A stretch of DNA of 64,000 nt from Naegleria gruberi. Taxonomy: Eukaryota. The stretch lies in the NCBI GenBank assembly GCA_000004985.1, contig GG738861.1; one strand, written 5' to 3'. Within the stretch, counting starts at the first letter, position 1. Each line of letters begins with the position of its first letter. Positions 53,518-63,992 of the stretch are shown here, in pieces. The notes under the pieces are model-generated. The model worked only from the letters and a program-made list of their open reading frames with translations. It did no database searches and was not told the DNA's origin. The position numbers were made by a program, and so were the translations under genes.

Positions 53518-54258
53518 ATGCCAAAAACACCAAAGAAGACGCCAAAGAAAAAGTCAAAAACTGCTGCAGAAGTCACTTCATCATCTTTAACGGAAGAAAC
53601 TTTAACAATACCGAATGATCATTTGACTAGTACTGTGGTGGTGGGATCAATGACAAAAACAAAGAGAAAACCAAAAACGCCAAAACCAAAAACACCTAGG
53701 AAAAAGGTTGCACCAAAGAATGAAAATCGAGAATTGTTGGATAGTGATTCGGAATCGGAGGTGGTTGATGGATCATCTAGTAAAATATCATCAAAGGATG
53801 CTAAAAAATTGGAGGCCATGAGAGCTAGAATGGACCTTTTGGAAAGAGACAATTATATTGGAACTGGAGGACGTACCTTTAGTGTGAATTTTGATGATAA
53901 TGAAGAGTGGAACAATACAGAGGTAATTTCTTCTCCAAAGAAGGGAGGAACAAAACGAAAGAAGAAGGATGATGATGATGAACCAAATTCAAAAAAGAAG
54001 AAAACTGAGACTGGAAAAAAGTCACGTTCAGTCAAATTTACCAGAAGAAAATTTGATCAAGTTCTGAAAATGGATAAGATTGAATCCTCTTCAAGTCCAA
54101 ATTATTTCACAATACTTTCTCAACCATCGATTTTACCTCAAAGAAAATTCTGTTCCATTACTGGATTCAAAGCTAATTATACATGCCCACACAGTGGAGC
54201 TCATTATTTGAGCGTGGAGGCCTATGGTCACGTGAAAAAGAACTATCAACTTGAATAG
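53518..54258 (+). CDS. YL1_C-domain chromatin-remodelling subunit (INO80 Ies6/INO80C-like)
   Basis: 246 aa. The N-terminus is Lys/Pro-rich. The C-terminal 'QPSILPQRKFCSITGFKANYTCPHSGAHYLSVEAYGHVK' matches the YL1 C-terminal motif (P.S..P.+K....G..ANYT.P.S....S.EE). Confidence 0.5.
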   Translation: MPKTPKKTPKKKSKTAAEVTSSSLTEETLTIPNDHLTSTVVVGSMTKTKRKPKTPKPKTPRKKVAPKNENRELLDSDSESEVVDGSSSKISSKDAKKLEAMRARMDLLERDNYIGTGGRTFSVNFDDNEEWNNTEVISSPKKGGTKRKKKDDDDEPNSKKKKTETGKKSRSVKFTRRKFDQVLKMDKIESSSSPNYFTILSQPSILPQRKFCSITGFKANYTCPHSGAHYLSVEAYGHVKKNYQLE

Positions 54259-54349
54259 GTTTTCACCAGCAGCTCAGTATTCATCTAAGCAACATTTTCA
54301 CACGATAAGAATTTTCGCCCCTATAGCCGAGTGTAATAACAAAGATATT

Positions 54350-56972
54350 TTATCTTCTTCTGTTGTTTGTTGGTTTGCTTTCAGCAAGTTTTGCCTCAAG
54401 TTCTTGTTTCTCCTTATCCTTGTCTTCCTTGGTCTTCTTCCTGTATTTGAGTGGAAGTTTTTGAGTGAATTGTTTCATCTTCAAGTCATCTTGTTTGTAA
54501 ATTGGATCAATTTTGGAAAGTGGTGAAATGAATTCCTCCAACTCTATAGGGCGTTCAATGATTTTTTTAAGCCTTCTTTCATTCAATACAGAATCGCAAA
54601 TAAGTTTGATATTGGAAACTGTATAGTTGGTTGCAATATGTGCAAGAGTGTGCAAATCAAAATCTTCCCTCAATGGTTTACCAATTCTCTCCTCGATAAA
54701 TGCTTTCCAAATCATTCTGTATGATGCATAATCTGGTAAGGTTGTATAGACCATCTTATCAAAGAATTCATCGAAAAGGGCTGGATCAGCATCCCAAGGT
54801 TCATCCATAGATCCAACAATAAGAATTCTGTCCTCAGGAGCCAGTGCCTTCATTTGAGTGACGAGTGGCTTTCTGAATCTCTTCATGTTTGGTTTAGTTT
54901 TACCCTTACCCTTTCCCTTAATCACTGTGTCAAAATCATCGATATAGATAATGGCAGGTTGCATTTCCTTGGCAACACGGAATATTTTTGCAATCATTGT
55001 AGTGGTCTCGCTCTGTTCGGTATTAATGTTTTGTGTAATTGCAGGTGACAAATCAAAGAATAAAGCTCCCAACTCGTGAGCGATTGAGTGTACCAAGCTT
55101 GTCTTGCCTGTTCCCTTATGTCCATAGAACATGACCGATCTTAAAAGTGGTGCTAACTTGTGAACATTTGGAGTAGACATGTACAAGACAATTTCCTTGC
55201 AAAAGTTTCGTATTTGGAAAATAGAAGGTTCTTCCCACTCAAGAATAGAACCTATCAATCTATTTTCTCCAATGTAAGAATCGAGCTTTTTAGGTGGAAC
55301 CTTATTAATAATGCCTAGAGAAGCAAGCTCAGAGAAGAAGGCTTCAGAGTTTGGCACCTTAACAGGTTCTTTTTCAGGTTTCGTTGGTTGAGGTTTTCCA
55401 GGCTTAGTTTCCCTCTTTGGAGGGTTTTCACTTTCCAATTGCATTCTGATATTTTCCAATTCTTCACGAATTTGTTTGTCAACCTTTTTTCTTATTTCCT
55501 CCTCAATACCAGAATCACCCTCCATCAACTCTTTTCTCAAAAGTAAAGGATCATATTTTTGATCAAAATCGAGTGATGAATATCTATCTCTCCACTTTTC
55601 CACAAATGATTTCAAAATATTTGCAATATTGGCAATAAACTTCGATTCGTCCTTAAATTTTGGTTCCTCTTCAACAGGTCCCTCTTTTCCTTTTGTTGGT
55701 GGTTTTGGCTTTGGTTTTGGAGGAGCTTTTTGATTTCCTTTTGGTTTTGGTTGATTGGCTTGCTGCTTTTGTTCTTGGAGAAGTTTCTTTTGTTCCTCAG
55801 TGGCATTCATAATGTTTTGCATGAAAGCTTTAGAACCTCCTTCAGCCTCAGAAGGAAAACTTGGTATTCCTCCATCACCTTCTTGTCTGTACAATAGGAT
55901 TTGTTCCATTAAAGCATCATGCATCTCTTCCATCATATGAGGACCTTCATCTTCAAGAATTTTAGCTCTCAATCTAACTCTTTGTTCCTCCAATTCTCTC
56001 TTATTGTCTGCTTGTTTGATTTTTCTCTTGGCCCTTCCCAAATTTTCAGCATTTACAATTTTAACTTCTCGGGTTTCTTCATATTCAATGGTTGGTGAAG
56101 AGTCCTCAACTGAAACATCCTTAGCTTTCTTTTTTGTTTGTTTTGGTTCCTCAGTTGACATTCCAATAAATTTTGCTTCCTCTTGCTTTTCCCTAGCAAC
56201 TCTCTTTCTCCAATAATAACCACGAAAAACTTTTTGAATTTTGACGGCAGCTTCATCTATCAAAGATTCAGATTCTTCCTTTTTTTGATGTTGTTTTCTT
56301 TCTTCTGAGAGTTTTTGGTCATACTTGCTTCTTGCCAACTTTCTTCCCTGTCTTGCTCTTTCATTGGTTTGGATGATGAGGATGGCTTGATTTATAGTCA
56401 TGGCTGGTTGAGATTTCTTTGTATCGATAACTGGCTCACTTCTATAATCACCATTTGAGTTTGGTCTTTTTCTCAAAACATCCAACAAGATTTCTCTTCT
56501 CCTTTTTTCCTTATCATTATCTTCAATGATGAAATGAGGAGTTCTTAATTCGAGGGCAGTCGGATCCAATTTCAAATCAATTAATACATCATCAAATTCA
56601 CTGTACTCCCCGAGTAGCGTATTTACAAGGGCTTTAACTTCAAGTATTCTTCCCATAACATGTTCCAAAACAACCTTCAGGTCTTCTCTTTTTTGAGGTT
56701 GAAGGAGTTGATCATAACATTCCTAATGATGACGATTGATTGGTTATCACAACTATAATACTATTATCGAAATACCATACCTCTAACTTGTTGTATAGAT
56801 TAATATATTTTACATAGAGAGACTGGTAGTGCTGATTAAATACATGTTGTTGCTCGATAGGATTTTTTGGAAGATTGGCTTTTGATGATACCTGAGTTTC
56901 TCCAATTAAAATCAAGTCTCTCAATTCTACAAGCACTTCCGAGAGTTGTCCCTCATAATAATTGTTTGACAT
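54350..56972 (-). CDS. IQCA1: IQ-motif + AAA-ATPase protein (IQCA1/DRC11-like, nexin-dynein regulatory complex); probable 2 exons (56892..56972 and 54350..56722), intron 56723..56891
   Basis: IQ motifs 'ILIIQTNERARQGRKL' and 'AAVKIQKVFRGYYWRKRV'. A coiled-coil/Lys-rich middle is followed by an AAA+ core ('FYGHKGTGKTSLVHSIAHELGALFFDL', 'IIYIDDFD'). The listed ORF starts at a TTG. An upstream ATG exon (MSNNYYEGQLSEVLVELRDLILIGETQ) ends at a GTATCA donor and an ...ATCATTAG acceptor rejoins the frame (phase 0). The alternative is a start at the internal ATG at 56656. Confidence 0.6.
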
Positions 56973-57065
56973 TCTTTATTTTTTAAATTCTGTAACTTTT
57001 GTTGGCGCCAATTAAACTCATTCTCCATCAAATTGATGAAATAGGAGAATAAATTCAATTAAAAA

Positions 57066-57770
57066 ATGCAACAACATGTGGCATCAGCACCTAGAATTGT
57101 GATGGGCATATTCACAGTATTTGCTGGTGTTCTGTATGGCCACACCGGATTTGATGTTTTTATCAATGGATATAAATCTAAAAATTGGAAACAAACAATC
57201 GGAACTGTTGTTCAAGAGGAAGGTGAAACTTATAACCCATACGATCCGAACAAACTGATAGTGCCAACAATTCAATATAATGCCGATCAAAAGGTGTTAG
57301 ATCCAGATACCAATCAACAAGTAACAATTCATAGACAATTTATCAATAGAAATTATTCATATTCTTTTTTCGGATTATCGAGGAAAGATGTGAAGGAATT
57401 GAAATTGACCGATCACCTCATACCAAATACTAAAGTTAAACTTTTCTATGATCCACAAGATCCAAAGGAAAGTGTAGTAGTTCCAGGAATGTCATATGGT
57501 ACTTTACAAACAAGTGCTTTGGGAATTGGTTGCATACTTTCAGGATTGACTTTTGGATTGGCTAAGGAGGATATTTTGAGTTGGAGTGGATTAAGGAAAA
57601 ACAAATTGGCAGGTGGAATTTTTGGATTTTCAATGTTGCTAATGCTATCGAGTTTCTCAATTCCAGTATTTGTGAAACGACAAGTTTTTGAGGGTACTGA
57701 AGAAGAGAGAAAAGCTAGGTGGATAGATCCATACATTGTAAAGGCAGAAGAGACTTCCAGTAATAAGTAA
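57066..57770 (+). CDS. Membrane protein with a TM / beta-rich domain / TM architecture (DUF3592-like)
   Basis: 234 aa. The order is an N-terminal TM (IVMGIFTVFAGVLYG), a beta-rich segment ('TIGTVVQEEGETYNPY', 'PTIQY', 'KVKLFYDPQDPKESVVVPG') and a C-terminal TM. This resembles bacterial DUF3592 proteins. Confidence 0.35.
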   Translation: MQQHVASAPRIVMGIFTVFAGVLYGHTGFDVFINGYKSKNWKQTIGTVVQEEGETYNPYDPNKLIVPTIQYNADQKVLDPDTNQQVTIHRQFINRNYSYSFFGLSRKDVKELKLTDHLIPNTKVKLFYDPQDPKESVVVPGMSYGTLQTSALGIGCILSGLTFGLAKEDILSWSGLRKNKLAGGIFGFSMLLMLSSFSIPVFVKRQVFEGTEEERKARWIDPYIVKAEETSSNK

Positions 57771-57857
57771 GACAATTCATATAATCAACACTGGTTACTT
57801 CAATTTTGTAAAAGGCTTGTAAATTAATTCAGTTATAAAAATTCAATTTAAAACAAA

Positions 57858-59216
57858 ATGCCTTCAAGTGGAAGTCTCTTTCGCACAGTGAAAAACAATT
57901 TTTGTAGTAACATTGCAAAACAACACTACCAAGGCAGTAGAAATATTCTGAAAAAACGCTCACAAGGTTCCGATTATTATCAATCTTGGAGATTTTATTC
58001 TACTACCACTAGAACTTTATCGGAATTAAATAATAATGTACAACAAGAGAATGAAATTTATGTTTGGGGATCAATAGGAGAACAATCCATCCCTAAACCA
58101 ATTAGAGTTTTCGAAAATAATCCAGAGAAGAATCGAGTGTTTTTTGATGGTCAAAAGATTGTTGATGTGGCCTGTGGATCGGAACATGTATTATTCTTGA
58201 GTGAGAGTGGAATGTTATATGCATTAGGAGGGAATCAGTATGGTCAATGTGGAAAGAGTCCTAGTTCGGAACAATTTGTACGAGAACCAACTAGAATTAA
58301 AGTTGTGGATGAATCCAACCAGGAAATGACATTCAAATCGATATTTTGTGGAAGAGATTCAAATTATGCAATCAGTAGTGATGGAACAAGCCTTTGTGTA
58401 TTTGGATTAAATGATACTGCTCAGTTAGGATTGGGATTTAGTAAGATTGGATTTTCGTATGTTCCTAGATTTGTTAAATTGCCAAAATCCAATGAGGACG
58501 ACCAACCAAGAATTATGAATGTTTATTGCGGATCTAGGCACATGTTTATTAGGTGTAAATATGAACAATCTAATGTTGAGAAACTATTTTGTTGGGGTGG
58601 AAATCAGTTTGGTCAATTGGGATTAGGTCACTTATTTAATCAGAATGATATTGTACAGATGCAATTGCCAACAGACCTAAAAGTGCCAGAAACTAGCATT
58701 TCCAGTGGAATGTCGCACACAATAGCATATTCACAGAGTAAGGCTTTCAGTGTTGGAAGAGGAACAGAGGGTCAACTTGGATTTACTGCTAAACAAGCAC
58801 CAATGTGGAGAGAAATTTCAGATCTCTCAGGACTCCATATTAAGCATATAATAAGTGGAGTGAATCATAACATGGCAAATGTGAGCTCAGAAAAACTGGG
58901 CGGTGAACAAATAATTGGTTGGGGAACAAACATTTTCTATGGATCTCAATGCACTCCAGAAATTATTGACATTCCTTCGTATGGAAAATTTGCACCAAAA
59001 AATTCAATTGACTTGATGACAAGTGGTTTATTTCATTCATTGTTGAGAGTGGATGGAGAGAAACTGTATGCTATTGGAAATGGTCAAAGCTTTCAGTTGG
59101 GACAAAATGAACGAAGCAACTCTGAATCTAAGCTAGTTCAAGTACTGCATCCAAATGTTAGAGGAATAAGAAAAATAGCCTCTGGATTTTCACTAAATAT
59201 TACCATTGGTGAATAA
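57858..59216 (+). CDS. RCC1-repeat (RCC1-like domain) protein with a presequence-like N-terminus
   Basis: 452 aa with at least six RCC1 blades ('YALGGNQYGQCG', 'FGLNDTAQLGLG', 'CWGGNQFGQLGLG', 'GRGTEGQLG', 'AIGNGQSFQLG'). The N-terminal approximately 60 aa are basic/Ser-rich, possibly an RCC1L/WBSCR16-type mitochondrial protein. Confidence 0.55.
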   Translation: MPSSGSLFRTVKNNFCSNIAKQHYQGSRNILKKRSQGSDYYQSWRFYSTTTRTLSELNNNVQQENEIYVWGSIGEQSIPKPIRVFENNPEKNRVFFDGQKIVDVACGSEHVLFLSESGMLYALGGNQYGQCGKSPSSEQFVREPTRIKVVDESNQEMTFKSIFCGRDSNYAISSDGTSLCVFGLNDTAQLGLGFSKIGFSYVPRFVKLPKSNEDDQPRIMNVYCGSRHMFIRCKYEQSNVEKLFCWGGNQFGQLGLGHLFNQNDIVQMQLPTDLKVPETSISSGMSHTIAYSQSKAFSVGRGTEGQLGFTAKQAPMWREISDLSGLHIKHIISGVNHNMANVSSEKLGGEQIIGWGTNIFYGSQCTPEIIDIPSYGKFAPKNSIDLMTSGLFHSLLRVDGEKLYAIGNGQSFQLGQNERSNSESKLVQVLHPNVRGIRKIASGFSLNITIGE

Positions 59217-59255
59217 ATAATTAATTCTTTAATTTTAAAAGATTTCAAATTAAAA

Positions 59256-59726
59256 ATGAGTAAACGAAAAATTGCGAATGAATCACGAACACTGCTCGAG
59301 TCTGCCAAAGATTACTTCCGAGAGATTTTCAAAGGAGACTGGCTCCGACCAAATAATTCCAATCTTTCTTTATTAACTCCACAACAACGTATTGAACAAC
59401 GAGAATTTACAAGAAAAAGACTTACATGGATGGTTTGGGGAATTTTGGGATGTGCTGCATTTGGAGCTCCTCTAGCAAAAAGATGTATGTATAATATTTA
59501 AAAAATGATTATAGGAGTGACACTTCTTGTCTATATAGATATGGGATCGGATGAAGATGTAAGTGTGTGGAAAATTATATAATTTATTTATTGATGATTA
59601 ATATTTCAGAGATTGAAATATCAAAGTAACACCCTCTTGTCAAAGGAAGAAAAAGATGTTGATAAATTGAAGGAAGAAATTGCACAACTCAAGAAACAAC
59701 TCGATGATGACGAGTATGAGGAATAA
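59256..59726 (+). CDS. Small single-TM + coiled-coil protein; tentative 3-exon model (59256..59484, 59539..59558, 59610..59726)
   Basis: The ATG ORF (MSKRKIANESRTL...WMVWGILGCAAFGAPLAKR) reaches a GTATGT donor at 59485 (phase 1). A CTATATAG acceptor leads into a 20-nt micro-exon (AT ATG GGA TCG GAT GAA GAT) ending at GTAAGT. A TATTTCAG acceptor opens the final exon RLKYQSNTLLSKEEKDVDKLKEEIAQLKKQLDDDEYEE*. All junctions are in frame, giving a roughly 121-aa product. The alternative is that the first ORF ends at its own stop (59501) and the rest is 3' UTR or a separate micro-gene. Confidence 0.3.
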
Positions 59727-59836
59727 TTTGAAACAGTTTCAAATTTCACTTTGTAAATAAATCAAGACTGACTTCCTTCAATTACTCGAACTAACGGAAA
59801 CTTTCCCCGCTCAAATTTAAAATCAAAAATAATAAA

Positions 59837-62800
59837 ATGCCACCAGTAAGTAAATCGTTCTCTCTCTGAAATAATTTTTACACCTTTGAAATTCTAGAAA
59901 CCTGCTCCGGGAACGCAAAAGATTACATCCTTCTTTTCTGTGAAGAAACCAACATCTTCATCAACAGATAAATCACCAAAAAAGCCCTCAGCAAGGTTTG
60001 TTATTTTAATTTAAATTTAAATTTACAATCAAATGCAGCAGTAGCAATGGCAATATTGAAAATCCAAACAAACGTAAAAGAGAGTCTGTCACCCTTGAAT
60101 TGAGTGATGATTCTGATGGATGTGCATCACCAATTCTTACCAGGTCTCAGAGAGCAGAACAAGTTAAATCTCCATCATCATCCACACCTTCCAAATCAAC
60201 AACAAGCACAACACCAACCAAATCTACACCAACTAAATCATCAGCATCTAAAACAACCACCAGTAGTACTAGCAGCAGTAGTAAATCAACCAAATCTACA
60301 CCAACTAAATCCACTGTCACACTCAAGAAGCAACCAACAAGTGTAAAAGATGAAGATTGGAGTGATGATGAAAGAGATTTTGGTAAAGACAAGATAGTGT
60401 TGAATAAGGCAACACCAACCAAGTCTCCAGTAGTAGCTCAAAAGAACACAAAGATTATATTGGATGATGATGCGCTCAGTAGTCAAGATGTTGTTTCATC
60501 CCCTTCCACTAAAAAGAGAAAGACTAGCTCTCCATTCACCAAATCGCCAAGAAAAGTCAAAGAAGAGGAAGTTGAGGAGAAACCTAAAACAACACCAAAG
60601 AAGGAGGTTAAAAAAGAGGAAAAGAAAAAAAAGAATGATGACGACGATGAAGAGAAACCAGCCGAAACCAAAAAGAGAAACTTTTATGATAAGACACAAC
60701 ATCAAAATCAGCAAAAAGCTAAAAATCATGGATGTAAAACTGTGCCTGTCGGAAAAGCAAATTGTCTCAAAGACAAATCTTTTGTTATTACTGGTCAAAT
60801 GGAATCACTCGATAGAGATGAAATGGAAGACCTCATTAAGCAATATGGAGGTGTGATTCGTGGAAATGTTTCTGGAAGAACCAGCTTTGTTGTAGTTGGT
60901 GATGGGCCTGGAGAAAGTAAAATGAAAAAAGTTAGAGAACACAAAACTAAGCAACTTTCAGAGGATGATTTGTTGGAAATGATTGCAAAATCAAACCCAA
61001 GTGGAAAAGATTCTATGGATGAAACAGATGATGATGTCAGTCCTCCACCACAAAAGTTTATTCCTCCTTCAAAACCAAACTCTGTTGGTGCTTCCACCAC
61101 TCAAGTTATCAAATCCAAAAATGCTGACGATCAACTTTGGGTTGAAAAGTACAAACCATCCACGTCTTCGCAAATTATTGGACATAATAAGGAATGTGGA
61201 CTTTTACTTAATTGGTTAAAGGAGTGGCATGCGAATCTTGACAAGGAAATTCAAGCTGCCTCAACGCAAACTAAGGGAAGAAAGAAAGCAGCAACTGAAT
61301 GGAAGAGAGCAGCCTTCCTATCTGGTCCTCCAGGTATTGGTAAATCAACTTCAGCAGCTCTAATTGCCAAGGAGGCTGGGTTTACAAATATTGTAGAATT
61401 GAATGCATCTGATAGTAGAAGCAAAAAGGCAATGAAGGAACAAATTGTAGAATCTTGTCTCTCCAATAATATTTCCAATTATTTCCAAAAGAAGGGTCAA
61501 CCAAAACCTAAAGATGACAAACAACGAACTATTGTTATCATGGACGAAGTTGATGGTATGTCGAGTGGTGATAGAGGTGGAGTTGTTGAGCTTGTTCAAA
61601 TTATCAAACAAACTCGTGTGCCTGTCATTTGTATTGCCAATGATAGATCTAAAATCTCCTTGAAAACTCTCATTACTCACTGTTTGGATCTCAAATTTAG
61701 CAGACCTAGCAAGGCTACAATTACCAAAAAATTATTGGAAGTCTGTAAGAAGGAAAATCTCAGCATTGACAATAATGCTTTGGAATATATGGTTGAATCT
61801 CTGAACAATGATATCAGAAGTGTGTTGAATAATCTCCAACTCATCAATAGATACAGTGCTAAAGATCATATTGGCTATTTAGACGCCAAGAGTAGTGACT
61901 TGACAAAAACCAGCTCAACAGACGGTATTTTTGATGTTGTAAAGGATGTACTTGGGCAAAACAGCAAAAAGTACAATGAAAGACTTGAAGACTTTTACTT
62001 TGATCCAATGCTTGTACCTCTGTTCGTTGAACAGAACTATATTAATATAAGGCCACCTGGAGATGATAAGGAGAGAATTCAAAGAATTTCATATGCATCT
62101 GATTCCATTTCTATGGGTGATATTGTTAATTCCAAGATTAGAAAGGAAATGTCATTTGGTCTCATGAATTCTCATGCATTCTACAGTACCATGTATCCTG
62201 CTTACTTTATTCGAGGTTCTTTCCAAGCATTGAGAGGTTATGACAAGTATTATCAATTCCCAGCCGTTTTGGGTAAAGGAAGTACAACAACAAAGAACTA
62301 TAATGCTCTTAAGACTATTCAAAAGACTACATCACTCAAAGCTAGTGCCGACACTTTGGAAATGTTAGACTACCTTCCACTTCTTTCTAAAACTCTTCTC
62401 AATCCTCTTTTGGGTGGAGACAAAGATGTTCAGGAAACAATTGAAGCAATGGATGAATATCAAATTTCTCGTGATGATTTAGAGTTTATGTGTGAATTAT
62501 CAACATTTAAGGGAAAGAATTCATCTGACCAAAATAAGGATTGGTTCTCTGAGATTGATACTAAAACCAAGACAGCTCTTACTAGACAATATAACAAAGC
62601 TCACAAGGGATTTAACAAGGTTAGTGCAGCAGCTGCCCTCTCAAAGGTTGAAGACGAGGAAAATCCTGAAGCAGAGGAAGAGGACGAAGAAGAAGATTTA
62701 AAGGCTGATAAGTTTGTTACCAAGATGAAGAATATTGCCAAACTTGAAGCATTTGAAAAGAAACGAGAAAAGGCTGAAAAAGCTGAAAAGAAGTCAACCA

Positions 62801-62916
62801 AAAAGACAACCAAGAAGGAGACAACAAAGAAAGAGTCAACCAAAAAAGAGTCAACTAGCAAAAAGGAAGTTAAAAAAGAGACTGAAAAAAAGCCACTTGT
62901 GCTTAAAAAGAAATAA
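59837..62916 (+). CDS. RFC1: Replication factor C large subunit (RFC1); 3 exons (59837..59845, 59898..59995, 60039..62916)
   Basis: The main exon has the BRCT domain ('FVITGQMESLDRDEMEDLIKQYGGVIRGNVSGRTSFVVVGDGPG'), the RFC box 'LWVEKYKP', the Walker A 'LSGPPGIGKST' and 'IVIMDEVDGMS'. Its listed start is TTG with no in-frame ATG for about 235 codons. Upstream, the 9-nt exon ATGCCACCA has a GTAAGT donor. A 52-nt intron follows. Exon 2, 'KPAPGTQKITSFFSVKKPTSSSTDKSPKKPSA', contains a PIP-like box QKITSFF and ends at a GTTTGT donor. A 43-nt intron with an ...AATGCAG acceptor rejoins the main frame (phase 2). Confidence 0.8.
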
Positions 62917-63123
62917 TTTATTAAGAGCTTGTGAAGATGTGAAATTTTCATAAATTCTATTAAACATTTAATTTTGCCTTATTGTATCACTATTTCCTTT
63001 TCTTTGAAACTGCTGTTCAATTCCTGCTTAAGCCAACACTAATTTTTTTAGCAAGCATCAAACAAATGTTTGGCTTTTTCAACCAGGAAAGAGGATTTAT
63101 TTTTAGACAACAATTAGAAAAAA

Positions 63124-63992
63124 ATGTATTTTGATACTCATAAACTTTTCCACGAGGATGCTCCAAAGCCAAACCAAAATGTTTTCCCATACGAACATTT
63201 AGTCATCAATGAAGATGCTAAGAAACATACACAGTATGTATTGTAATTTTGTATATTTTTCCTGATCGTAAAATCAATAATAATTAATTCATCATGATCT
63301 TGTTTGATGATGAATAACCTTGATACAACAATCCGAATAGAGACCCAATCGTTACTGGTACATCCATCTTGGGTATTAAATATAAAGGAGGAGTAATGTT
63401 GTGTTCTGATACTCTTGGATCATACGGTTCTCTTGCTAGATTCCGTTCTGTTGAAAGACTCAGAAAGGTTGGAAATAATACTCTTATCGGAGCTTCAGGC
63501 GAATACAGTGATTTCCAATATATTGTTGATTTATTAGAAAAATTAGTTGATAAGGATTTCTGTGCTGATGATAAGATTGAAACTCAACCAAAGGCAATTT
63601 TCCAATACTTGGTGCGTATTATGTATAACAGAAGAAACAAATTTAATCCATTGTGGAATACACTGATCGTTGCTGGTGTTAAAGATGGTAAATCATTCTT
63701 GGGTTATACTGATTTATTAGGATCAAACTTTGAGGATGACACTATGGCATCAGGTTATGGTGCTTATTTGGCCAAGCCAATTCTCAGAAAGTTCCTCGAT
63801 GAAAAGGGAGGAGATGTAAATAATATCACTGAACAAGAAGCCAAGGATGTTTTGGAAAAGTGTATGAAGGTTCTTTACTACAGAGATGCTAGAAGTATTA
63901 ACAAGATTCAAATTGCTACTGCCAACGAAACTGGACTCAATGTTACTGAACCTTACTCACTCCAAACAGAATGGGCTTTCAAAGGTTTTTAA
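63124..63992 (+). CDS. PSMB4: Proteasome subunit beta type-4 (beta7); 2 exons (63124..63233 and 63341..63992), intron 63234..63340
   Basis: The ORF body is collinear with PSMB4/Pre4 ('IVTGTSILGIKYKGGVMLCSDTLGSYGSLARFRSVERL', 'NPLWNTLIVAGV', 'YGAYLAKPILRK', 'VLYYRDARS'). Its listed start is TTG. An upstream ATG exon (MYFDTHKLFHEDAPKPNQNVFPYEHLVINEDAKKHT...) ends at a GTATGT donor (phase 2) and an ...CGAATAG acceptor restores the frame, giving a propeptide followed by 'QDPIVTGTS'. Confidence 0.75.

Noticed and set aside
60104-61219. Multiple small ORFs on both strands within the RFC1 5' region (60104..60346, 60147..60422, 60464..60856 and others)
   Set aside because: All lie inside RFC1's low-complexity Ser/Thr/Lys-rich N-terminal region. 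They are alternative-frame and antisense artefacts.
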